Part shown: positions 27,181-39,208 of the stretch, in pieces
Layout: every line of letters starts with the position of its first letter
How positions within the stretch are numbered: position 1 is the stretch's first letter
Translations under genes and position numbers: made by a program
The notes under the pieces: model-generated
Databases searched by the model: none
What the model was told of the DNA's origin: nothing
Seen by the model: the letters and a program-made list of their open reading frames with translations, nothing else
Assembly: GCA_951406725.2 (NCBI GenBank)
Contig: OX597831.1
Span: forward strand, 42,470,001-42,534,000
Reading direction: 5' to 3'
DNA from: Octopus vulgaris
Taxonomy: Eukaryota
Length of the DNA: 64,000 nucleotides

Positions 27181-28085
27181 ATTCATTTATTAGCCACAAG
27201 GGCTTACATAAAATTACATTAGAACACATACAACAACATAAAAGACAAAACCAGGATGATACAATGGGTTTTACACTGTGTAAACAATATGTATATAATG
27301 ATTAAAAATTAAACAATTTGAAACTCCCAATAGGGGAGGTGCTTTAAGGACCTCGTAGAAAAACCCGCAAAAACCACAGTTGCCTGAACAACAGGGCAAG
27401 AGCCCTTCTCCTTTTGTTTACAGGTGCATGCTCAGAATTGGTCTTTCGCACTGGCTGTTCTTCCAACATTCACCTACCTTTCAACAAACTTGCTACAAGG
27501 CAACACTTCCCTCTCCACCCTCGCCTTCCTTTTCAAGTGAAATTGAAAAAGTTGATGGACATAAAGTTGTCTTTAGCCCTTTCAAACTGGTCCCCAAAGT
27601 CCATCCCCTCCTCACCATGGTGGGGACACTGGCAACGGGTAGTGTCAGAGCTATGCTGTCGGGAACTTCGGTTCCTGGTAGGGCCACCCAAGGCGGATTG
27701 GTCTGACACCGAGTGGTATTAGGGCCACAACCCAGCAGACGGGGCTCTGGTGAAAATCCTTGGAGTTTCTGCTTCGGCAACCAGCAGCTCCTCGGTCGTT
27801 CTGTCCTTGCGTCTGTGGACAATCTGCGGCAAACAGGATGTCTCCACATGCGGGATTGTTGGGGACCGCTTGTGAAATCCACATATTCCCACGAAACTTC
27901 TTCCATGAGTAGAAGAAGCCGACTCAACCCGCCCAGGGTGAATGTCGCCACAAGTACAAGTAAGTTTCAAACTGGTCCACCATACTACCTCTTTTACTAC
28001 AGCCACTAGACAAATAAAAATTGCCTTCCCCCTCCTGGCCAAAAGAGGACAGTGGGGAAATCTTCACAATGGATTCAGCTGATGA
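27181..28085 (-). mobile_element. Tx1-family LINE 3' fragment (related to 32546-34418), split by an insertion
   Basis: SAESIVKISP..SF.QEG / VAVVKEVVWWTSLK|GLKT parallels SAESIVNIVT..SFKQEG / VAMAKECIWWTCLKGLET; ends GCCCTTGTGGCTAATAAA. Confidence 0.85.
27594..27964 (+). mobile_element. 371-bp GC-rich non-coding retroposon with 14-bp TSD and CAAGTA-type tail
   Basis: TTTCAAACTGGTCC at 27580-27593 and 27965-27978; removing the insert restores the host Tx1 reading; 3' end ACAAGTACAAGTAAG. Confidence 0.85.
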
Positions 28086-29759
28086 TGATAATAATGGCAT
28101 GTGCTGAATACAAAAGACGCCAGGACAACATGGCAAGAATGATCCATTCTTTCTAATTCTGGCACAAGACCAGAAGTTTTAGGCAAGGGAGCAATCTTGA
28201 TGGCCATCCCCAGTATATGACTGATATTTCATTTTATCAACCTCAAAGGATAAAAGGCAAAATTGACCTTAGTGGAGTTGGAACTCAAAGTGTGAAATGC
28301 TGGAAGAAGTACTGACAATTCTGTTAAGCCACACCACTACCTTAATACTACTACTACAACTACTACTAATAATAATAATCATTTCTATGAAAGGCACAAG
28401 ACCTGAAATTTTGAGGGAGGGTGTGTAGTTGGTTATATTGACCTCAGTGCTCAACTGGTACTTAGTTTATCAAACCCAACAGGATGAAAGTTAGCCTTGA
28501 TGGTATTTGAAATTCTTTAACTCCTCCTTCTTCCTCTTCTTTTTCTCCTCTTCCCTCTCTTTCTTCTTCTTTTACTTTTCTTCCCCCTCTTCTTTTTCTT
28601 CTTCATTGTTCTTTCTTCTCTTCTCGTTCATTTTCTTCTTCATTGTTCTTTCTTCTCTTCTCGTTCATTTTCTTCTTCATCTTCTCTATCTCCTCCTTCA
28701 CCTTCACATTTTTCTCCTCCTTTTTTCTCTTACACCACCTCCTCCGCCTACATCACCACCTCCACCTCCTCCTCCTCCTCCTCCTCCTTGCAACTATTGT
28801 TGTAACTGTGCATACGGCTATGTGTGCATGGTGTTACTGTTCTGCATTCATTTTTCCATGCTGTCTTAGATTAGATGAAGAATTTTCTGACTGCATATAC
28901 TACTGTGGTCAATGGTTTTTTTTTTTCACAGTTGTCTGCCCACTCTGTCAATAACCATTCACCCATGAAGATTCAGAACTATAAATTTGCAGGTCTCTCT
29001 AAGCGACACTAATATGATAAAGGAGAGAAAAAAAAAACAAAACAAAACAAAACAAAACAAACAAAAAAAAACCCAACAGACCCATACAGGATGTCTGATA
29101 TAAGAAATTTATTAGATGAAGTCCAGAACATTGTACATCTTCATTGCTTCCCATCATGCTGTTATTCACCAAAGCATAGTCTTTTGGTTGCTGCTGCTAT
29201 TGTTGTTTAGCCCCAGGTCAATCCAGAATAAGCAGACTTGAGATCAAAAGTCTTCTATTTTGAACTCCCAATTCTTTTTCTGATATAGGTCCACCTGACT
29301 GGCTCCCGTGCTGGTGGCATGTGAAAAGCACCATCTGAATATGGCCGATGCTAGTGCCCCCTGACAGGCTCCCATGCTGGTGGGACATAAAAAGCACTAT
29401 CCAAGCGTGATTGATGTCAGGCCCACCAGGCTGGCTCCCATGCCGGTGGCACATAAAAAGCACCATCCGAATGTGGCTGATGCCAGTGCCCCCTTGACTG
29501 GCTCCTGTGCCGGTGGGACATAAAAAGCACTAACCGAATGTGATCGATGCCAGGCCCGCCTGACTGGCTCCTGTGCCAGTGACACGTAAAAAGCACTCAC
29601 TACACTCTCGGAGTGGTTGGCATTAGGAAGGGCATCCAGCTGTAGAAACATTGCCAGATCAGATTGGAGCCTAGTGCAGCTGCTGGCTTTCCAGACTTCA
29701 GTCAAAACGTCCAACCCATGCCAGCATGAAAAATGGATGTTAAATGATGATGATGACAT

Positions 29760-30190
29760 CAAGGACTACATTGTCGACTATTTCTTCTGGCATAGTGTGT
29801 CTAGGACTACATTGTCTAATGTGTTTTTCATTCAAAGTGTTTCTAGGGTTACATTATCTTGTGTGTTCTTTGGCATAGTGTATTAAAGATTACACTATTC
29901 TAATGTGTACTTCAGGTATAGAGTATCTAGGATTATATTATTCAATGTACCTTTCTGTCATAGTGTATCTAGGACAGCATTACCTATTTTGTTCTCTGGC
30001 ATAATACATCTTGGACTACATTATCTAATGTGTCCTTCAGACATAGTGTATCTAAGACTCCATTATCCATTGTGTCCTTCACACAATGTGTCTTAGACTA
30101 CATTATCCAATGTCTTCTCCAGTCATAGTATGTCTAGGACTACCTTATTCAATATGTCCTCCAGACATAGAATGTCTCTGACTACACTAT
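29760..30190. repeat. Degenerate ~42-bp minisatellite (~10 copies)
   Basis: CATAGTGTATCTAGGACTACATTATCTAATGTGTCC-like unit. Confidence 0.85.
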
Positions 30191-31921
30191 TCTCCATGTT
30201 TCTCTTTCTTTAAGAAAAACAAATGTCTCCTTTAAGGAAGATCTGGTTGCTATTTTCGGGAGGTTATGTCACAGCGTGGTTTGTGTGTGGCAGCAAGAGG
30301 AGGTTCTCACTTTTGCTCAAGTAGAAACCCCTACTTTGCGATATGTAGAGGCTCTTAGTTTTGTTTAAGTAGAATGTCCCACTTTGCCTTGAGTAAGGGT
30401 GTCCACTTCAACTCAAGTAAGTCTCCCACCTTGATTCATGCAATGGTTCCTACTTTGGCTCAAGTTGAGCCTCCCACCTTGGTTTATGATGATGCCAGTA
30501 CCACCTGACTGGCACCTGTGTCAGTGGCATGTAAAATGTACCATTCAAGCGTGGTTGATACCAGTACTGCCTGACTGGTCCCATGCTGGTGGCACGTAAA
30601 AAGCACCATTTGAACGTGGTCATTGCCAGTGTTGCCTGACTGCCTCCAATGCCGGTAACATGTAAAAAACATCCAAGTATGGTCAATGCCAGTACTGCCT
30701 AACTGGCCTTTGTGCTGGTGGCACGTAAAAAGCACCTGCTACACTCTCAAAGGGCATCCAGCTGTAGAAACTTTGCCAGATCAGATTGAAGCCTGGTACA
30801 GCCTTCTGGCTTGCCAGTCCTCAGTCCAATCCATGCCAGCATGGAAAGTGGACGTTAAATGACAATGATGATGATGATGATGACGATGATTCTGATGCTC
30901 CTAGTTTGACTCATGTAGAGTTAAAACTCTTATTCTAGCTCATGTAAAGACTCCTGCTTTATCTCTAGCATAGAATCAAGTGAAATCTCCCTCTTTGACT
31001 CATGTAGTGGTACCTGCTTTAGCTCAAGTCAAGGCACCCACCTTGGCTCATGTAAAGACTTATACTTGGCCTCTAGTCTGAGTTTCATCTCTTGGCTCAA
31101 GTAACTGCTCCTACCTTGGCTCATGTAGAAACTTGTACTTTACCTCTAGTAAAAACCTCCTACCTGGCCTCAACCATCCCATCTTGTCTCAAACAATACC
31201 CCCCTTACCTTGCCTCAAGTAAAGACCTTCACCTTGGCTCAAATATAGATCCTCACTGTGGTTCAAGTAAGGCCTTGACAGTGGTTCAGCGGAAAATGAC
31301 CTTTATGAAAGATGTGTGTTAGTTCATTTCATTTCCTTTGGTTATTGAACAGTTCAGTGTTTAAATGTATTGGAGACAGCACAGTTGTGTGTTTATGTCA
31401 TATATAAAGATTAAACAAACTATTGAGGTGAGGAGATCAATAAATACAAGAATAGCAGAATAACAACTGCAAGAAGAACAACAGTGAGACAACAAAATCA
31501 ATATTCCTGCAGTCGGTGCTGTAGGATATAATGGATATTAGATCAGAATCACGACAAATCTTCAGTTTCTGTTGTTGCCGTGATAACAATAAACGGTCAT
31601 GAGATTGATGATAATGACGACAAAAGTGACAATGATGACAAAAATGATCAATGATGACGTCGTCGATGATGATGATGATGATGACAATGATGGTGTTAAT
31701 GATGACGATGATGATGATGATGATTATAAGGATGACAATAGCAACAACATTGGTGATGATGGTGATTTTGGTGATGGTGATGACAATGATGTCATTAGTG
31801 ATGAGGATGATGATGATTATGACTATGATTGTTTTGATGATGAGGACAACAGTCATGATGATGATTATGATGACTACAATAGCCACGATGATTGTGATAA
31901 TGATGATGACAATGTTGGTGG

Positions 31922-31958
<37 letters not shown>

Positions 31959-32165
31959 GATAACGGTGGCCATGAGGATCATAACAAGGACCATCATAAT
32001 TCACAATACAACTATAAAGTTTCAGAGTTAACATGATGATGATGATGATGATGATGATTATGATGTTCAAGATATCAGCAGTGATCAAACGAACATAGCA
32101 TCAATGACAAAAGATTCAAAGCCTGAGATTTGATGCGGCTGCTGCTAATGATGATCAAGATGATG

Positions 32166-32203
<38 letters not shown>

Positions 32204-32545
32204 AGAGATGACATTGGTGATGATGGATGATGATGATGAAGACAATGAGGGTAGCAGCAGTGATGATGGCAATGGTAATTTCTCAGATGTGCATGATGGC
32301 TCACTCATTTGTAGCAAAAACAAAATGCGAAGTCATAATGTTGCTGGCATCATTTAACTGAATCCTTGACTTCAGAGTATATTGTAGACTTGGCACCATC
32401 ACAGAAGTTTGATCAGAAATAATCAATCAATCAATCAATCTATTTACTATGTTAGTCAATTGCATTGGCTATCAGGTTGTCTCTCTCTCTCTCTATCTAT
32501 CTATCTGTCTGTCTGTCTATATGTCTGTCTATCTATCTATCTATC

Positions 32546-34418
32546 TTGGCGAAGGTGTTAGCCAAGAGGTTCGCGCTTGTCATCGAGAAACTGGTCGACA
32601 AGGCGCAAACGTGAACCGTGCCAGGCCAGAGCATCCATGACAACCTCCATCTGATGCGCTACATCATAGACAGGGTAGTTAAGGAACCTGGCATTGGTGG
32701 GGCCCTGATCAATTTGGATCAATCAAAAGCTTTTGATAGCGTAGACCATCGATACTTGGAGGCTGTCCTCAGAGCGGCTGGTTTCGGTCCCGTCTTCCGC
32801 GGCTGGATAGCCGCTTTGTACAGAGGTATTTTTTCAGTAATTCGCATAAATGGACATCTATCGAGACCTTTCGACATTGCATGTTCGGTCTGTCAGGGAT
32901 GCCCCCTCTCGTCGCTTCTCTACGTATTGACTTTTGAGCCATTATTGTGGAAGCTGGCAACTCTGAGTCTGAGGAGCATCCCACGAGAATTGGGATGTGG
33001 AATGAGCGTGTCTGCATATATGGATGACATCACCGTCATAGTGTCTAGCCACGAGCACATCGAGCTGGTCGGCGAGACGCAGAAAGACCATGAAGCAGTG
33101 ACAGGAGCGAAAATCAACCGGGAAAAGTCAGTGGGCTTGTGGCTCGGCACCTGGAGAAGCAAGCCCATGCCATCCACCAGTGCCTCTGTCGTGGGACGCT
33201 GGACTGATGGTCCGGTCGAGTTGTTCAGCGTCTGGTTTGGTCTGGACCTCCAAATGGAGAAGAACTGGAATGAGATAATGAGTAGGGTGGTCACTCTCGC
33301 CCGGCAATGGGCCAAGAGGAAACTGTCCCTAAAAGGTCGGGCGGAGGTGGCGGACATATACATCATGTCCGTCATCTACTACCACTTGACCGTCGTGCCT
33401 TGTCTCGACCCTACCATTGCCAAACTAGAACGCATTCTCTTTCACTTCTTGTGGAAAGGATGCATCCCAATGGTCAGGCGATCCATTTGCTGTCAACCCC
33501 CGTTAAAAGGAGGACTGGGCATGCTGTGGTTGATGATGTGCAGACACGTGCTGAGACTGCGGCATCTCAGGCTCTACGTAAACGACGGTGAACAGGTGTG
33601 GTTGCCGTTTGTGAGGCATGCTTTCCTGCAACTCGTCTCCATGACCGACCTGCAGTTGTGGATCAAAAAGAGGTCGAGGAAGGGCGAATGGCACCGCGAG
33701 TGTCACGTTGCCCTCAAGCAACTATGCCGTTCCGGGTCGACCTTGAGTGACTTTAACACAACCAAAGTATTCTATAGGGGATTAGTGGAGGGGAGGTACG
33801 ACGATGAGCTCGGGGCGAACCTGGACGTCGACAAGGAATACCTAACCCGCCTGTTCAGGAAGACTTTCGGACCAGGGCCCATGGACAACTTCCAGAGATC
33901 CCTGGCCTGGCAGTGCTACCAAGAAGTGCTACCCATTCGGGATAAGCTCTACAGACACAGCTCAAGAAACACGGGGCTGACCTGCCTGAGATGCGGTCAG
34001 AGCGACGAAATTGTTCTGCATGCACTCGTGCAGTGTCCAGCAATTTCCGACCTGTGGGCTTATGTTGAACGACTGCTGTCACGTGCGGGACGAGTCAGTT
34101 TATCAGCCGAGTCTATCGTCAATATTGTCACGCCTCCTTCCTTCAAACAGGAAGGAAGAGATATTTTCATCATTCTTGTGGCTATGGCGAAAGAATGTAT
34201 CTGGTGGACGTGTCTGAAAGGATTGGAGACAAAAACACTTTCCTCTCTGATCAATCTCTCATCAACTTCTTCAAGTATTTTTTCTTCTTCTTTTTTCTTT
34301 CCCTGTTTTTTCTTTCCCTTTTATGATCCCTTTTGATCGAAAATGTACCCCAAAAAGAAAAGCTCTACTTTGTAATCTGTCCCATCTGTGTGCAGCCCTG
34401 TGTGGCTAATAAAGAAAC
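32546..34418 (+). mobile_element. 5'-truncated Tx1/L1-clade LINE: RT domain + C-terminal CCHC zinc finger
   Basis: LAKVLAKR, LDQSKAFD, QGCPLS, YMDD, KIN..KS, GGLG, CLRC...HALVQC; 572-codon ORF 32618-34336 with one in-frame TGA just upstream and a frameshifted/deleted end; AATAAA at ~34408; (CTAT)n on both flanks. Confidence 0.93.
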
Positions 34419-34595
34419 ATATCTATCTATCTGTCTGTCTATCTATCTCTCTATCTGTCTATCTAGCCATCTATCTATCTATCTATCTATCTATCTCTCT
34501 ATCTATCTCTCTATCTATCTATCTAACTATCTATCTATCTATCTATCTATCCATCCATCCATCCACATCTCTCTCTTTCTCTCCCTATCTCTCTC

Positions 34596-34642
<47 letters not shown>

Positions 34643-36799
34643 GTCTGTCTGTCTGCCTGTCTGTCTGTCTGTCTGCCTGTCTGTCTGCCTGTCTGTCTGT
34701 ATGTCCATTTGTCTGTTTATCTGTTCATTTATAGATCTATCTATCAATCTATCTGCTTATCAGTTCTGTCTTGTCTGCGTGTCCTTATTTATCCATCAAT
34801 CTATTTGTCTACCTTTTTCCTTTCTTATTTCCTTTCTTTCTTTCTTATTTCCTTTCTTTCTTTCTTATTTCCTTTCTTTCTTTCTTTCTATCTTTCTTTC
34901 TATTTAACTACCCCTCTACCTATCCATTCATCCATCCATTTTTCTACTTTTGTGTCCAACTATGCATATGTCTAACCATCTGTCTATCTCTACCTATGTA
35001 AATGTCTGTCTGTCTGTCTGTCTCTCACTCTCTCTCTCCCTCCATCCATCGATCCATCCATCCATTTTTCTACCTTTGTATCCAACTATACATTTGTCTA
35101 GTTATGTTTCTGTCTGTCTGTTTGTCTCCCTTCCTGCTGTTTTACAATTACCAGAAACAAAACCACATTTATCCAATATTCTTCCTTCTATTTTCTCACT
35201 CACCTCTCACCCTCTCACTCCTTGCATCGATATTCCGCCTCCTCCTCCTTCTCCTCATCTTCTTATTCCTCCTCATCCCTCACCTGCATGTTCACTGCTA
35301 TTGTCAGTGAAATGTCAAGTTTATTGTACCAGACAGAACAGAGTTTATTTTACATCCATCACAAAAATACCACTGAGTATCATTATGGAGAAGATGAAAT
35401 TTTTAGAACATCCACTGTCGCCAGCACCAGCAGCACTACCATCATAGGCAGTATCACCACCACCGCCACTACCACCACCAATAACAACAACAACAACAGC
35501 AACAACAACAACCAGCATCACTACCACTGCCACCATCGACACCACTGCCACCATCAGCAATACCAACATCATCCTCACCACTACTGGCACCAGCACCACC
35601 ACCACTTCTATGGCAACCACCACCGCCACCACCACTACCACCACCACCACTACCACCACCACCACCACCACCACGGCCAAATACCACAACAGCTCTATGA
35701 TGAATGCTTCTGTCGACAACACCAACACCGTCATCGTAAACATTGATAAGAACAGCAACAACAACAACAATAATAGCATCCACAAAGGCATCAACAACAA
35801 CAGTAACAACACCAAACTCACGAACAGCAACAACGACATCCTTAACAACAACAACAACAAACAGTAACAATAACACTGTCAACAGCTGCAACAGCAACAA
35901 CTATGAGAACACTGACAATAATAGTATTACTACCACCACTCCTGCCGCCACCACCATCATCACCACCACCAACAACAACAACAATGATGACGACAACAAG
36001 CTAATTATTATACAACATAATTATACAATCTGCTAGAAAAAGCAGCCAAATGTCTCTCAAATCACATCTTGTCATCTTAGCTTAAAAAAAAAAGGACACA
36101 TTCAGTAATGTAGTGAGTCCTGTCTATTGTTTAAATAGATGGGATGTTCATGGTTGGAATACCCTTGATTTTAAGGTTTGCTCAGTCAGGGATGACATAG
36201 CAGTAAACACTAACTGTGAAGTATTGAGAGATCCATGTGGTCGCTCAAATTGCTAGAAATAGCAACCAAATCTCTTTTAAATCATATCCTGTTTTTGAAG
36301 ATAATGTTATCCTACATCCTCCTTACAAAGATGAGAAGGTCACAGCTGGAATGCTTTTCATATATATTGACTTGTAGCTTAGACAACAGCACCAGCAGCA
36401 GCCAGAGACAAAGACACTTGCTCATCATATCATAATTTGCTATTCTAATCCAATTCTGGTGTATTATTATTAGATTGTGGCAAAGACGGTTTTAATGAAG
36501 CGGTTTTAATTTGTTCAACCAAGATAATCCATTAAGATGATTAAAGTTTCACAAAACAATTTGAAGAACAAGAACCAAGTCTAGTGCTCTGATCAGTTAC
36601 TTCTCTTCCCACCACTCTCTCCCACGTTTAGAAATATTGAAATGTCGCCTCTTAGTCCTTCTCCACCTTCCATTCCTCTCCTTTCTCGCTGTTCTATTTT
36701 CATCTTATTTAAAACAATGTCATTATCATCTTGACTATAGTTTCTCTTTTGTTCTTCATCTTTTATCAAGAATATTTTCTTTTAGTTTTTTTTTTGTAG

Positions 36800-36814
36800 A
36801 TTTCTAGAAAGAAG
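36800..36814 (+). CDS. Candidate 15-nt microexon (ISRKK) between exons C and D
   Basis: Long pyrimidine tract then T10-GTAG|ATTTCTAGAAAGAAG|GTACAT; phase 0/0 matches the host intron; TGCATG at 36837-36842. No transcript evidence available. Confidence 0.4.
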
Positions 36815-38439
36815 GTACATACATATATATAAAAATTGCATGTGCATAAACAGGTTTTTATCCTCGTATCTAGAGCTTTCGTGCTATGGATTTTACAGTT
36901 AACCATGCTTGTCAGTGTTTGTATGTCAGATCAGGTATGGGGGCATAAATCATTGCAGGGCATTGCTGCATCCATCATTTGTTTGTATTTGCTTGTGTTG
37001 TCCTGATAAACCCTCAGAGCTCTGTCCCAGTCAGTCTGCATTTCCACGAGATATTTCCTTATCCACTGTGGCCATGTGGTATGCAGTCAACTAACACTGT
37101 CTGGGATCACCTGAACTAACACTGTCTAGGATCACCTGAATTCCTTTGGTACCAAGATACTTCACAAGATTATGGATTACTATTGGTCAAATTTTTTATC
37201 CAACTAATCCCTATACTCAGGAACTGGGATGTGTCCTGTTACTTGAATGATTTTGAAGCATCAGCTCAAACTGGTTTGTCCTGTTGCTCATATTCTTCTG
37301 AGTGTGTGTGCAAAAGAATAAAATGATAGTTACGATATTTTAAAAGTATTAGATGTCTTTCATTGATTATTTAGTCAAGTTTACATCCTTTTCATCAAAC
37401 ATCAGAGGTAACTTTTCCTCATTACTGCCTCAAGTCCTAGGTTATGGTTTCTATTGTATATAAGTGACTGAGATCACAACATTTCCCCTCCCTCAAGCGA
37501 ATACTAGTTCATTGCAGAGTTACTCATTAACAACTGAGTGGACTGGAGCAACGTGGAATGAAGTGTTTTGCTCAAGAATACAATGCATCATGAATTCAGC
37601 ATTCAGAACCATAATCTTGTGCTGGGGAGCGCAATATCCTAACCATGAGGCAACATACGTTTATTTTTGCCTTGAAATCAATGAGCAGTAACTTTGGTGT
37701 ATGTCTGCAGGTTGACATAAGCTCTCAGCTTTTGTTTATGATTGTCGTTACTGCTGCAGTATTATGTCAAGGTATATGGAATAAGACATCAGTTAACCAT
37801 TTGCATTACTAGTCACTAAAAAGATGTAAAATAAAAACTTGACTCTATATTCACTAGCACATTCAGTTTGTTCATCATAACAAAGACGTCTAATGGAGTA
37901 CTTTTACACCATTTCCTGCTTTGCCAACACTTAGCCATATTTCTTCAGTAGACATTAACCTGCAAAGGATCAGGAACCCCTACATCAATCTGACCAGTGT
38001 AAAAGGACCTGTGCCATGATGAAGTCTTTTATCTTGTACTTATTCCAATCATTGGACTGCAGCCATACTGGGGCACTGCTTTGAAGGGTTTGGTTAAACA
38101 TATTAATTCCAATACAATTTTCTTTTAAGTTTGATACTTAGGGTAACCTAGGAGCCACCATTAGTTGGCTCTTGGCTAACTTAAGTGGAACCTACACTGT
38201 GTTGCAAGGTCTCCAATTTGAGGATAAACTGATAACATGAGTTACTCCAGCAAACTTTGAGTCATCCCTTTCCCACTGGGGACGTTTGGAAGGAGTCCTT
38301 TCTGCAATATGGACACATATTTATTTGAGTTTATCTTACCCTCACACTCCACCAGCTCTGATCAACCATCACTCCAAATTGTCCCCCAGAGCATCACAAA
38401 ATAGCTGCTGTGTTTCATTGCTGGTTGCAATCTTTTTCA

Positions 38440-38960
38440 CATCAAATTCTTGATCACAGAGTTTCCAGACCCACACTCAACCACTGTTAGGAAATACAGC
38501 AAATCTGGACTCATCAGAGAATATGACAGTGTCCCAAAATGCTAATGGCCTCTCCAATCTGGCCCAATCTTTTCTTTGCTGGTCAAAGATGTGACTTCCT
38601 TCTTCCTCCTCTGCCATAGTAACCAAGTTTGTGGAGATACCCGACAGCTCTTCTGGGAACGACATCAACTTGCTCTGCTATGTCAGAGGTCTTGCAACGA
38701 GGATTATCCTCCACACTTCACTTAGCAAAGAGAAGGGTCCTGTCAGACGGCTCTGGTTGATCTGGACAAGGCGATGTGAACTCCTTCCTCTCTCTGGTGA
38801 ATTGCACAATCATTCTATGAACTGTAGAAAGTGGGATCCCAAGGTTTTCTGCAATTTTACGCTGACTATATCCACCATCAGGATGACCTACAATATGGCC
38901 TTTTTGAAATTCAGACTGTTCCAAGGCTTCTTTTGTACATGGCATGATTAAACAGTCACA
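38440..38960 (-). mobile_element. Tc1-like transposase pseudogene fragment
   Basis: SEFQKGHIVG...GYSQRKIAENLGIPLSTVHR (HTH) and WDTVIFSDESRF (first catalytic D) in different frames. Confidence 0.85.
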
Positions 38961-39106
38961 TATAAAATCTGAAGCATAAAAATTTCAATTAATAAGAAAT
39001 ATAAACCTTTACAAGTTAGAATAAACAAAAACGATGTTTTATGAGGTAGCTATTTACTTCTAACATGTGTGTATATGAATGACTTAAATATATATATATG
39101 AATGCG

Positions 39107-39157
<51 letters not shown>

Positions 39158-39208
39158 ATGAATTAAAACAGTTTCCCTAACTACAATATAACCATGCTTT
39201 CTTTTCAG

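Noticed and set aside
27380-28042. Overlapping 100-150-aa ORFs on both strands
   Set aside because: By-product of the GC-rich insert and Tx1 remnant; the ORFs cross the TSD boundaries and show no domain motif.
29290-29610. CRISPR-like repeat/spacer appearance of the GTGCCGGTGGCAC units
   Set aside because: The 'spacers' are homologous to one another, the units are part of a dispersed retroelement tail, the context is eukaryotic and there are no cas genes.
37089-37140. 25-bp tandem duplication (also 12-bp x3 at ~44022-44060 and a ~28-bp duplication at ~4561-4617)
   Set aside because: Ordinary local slippage duplications.
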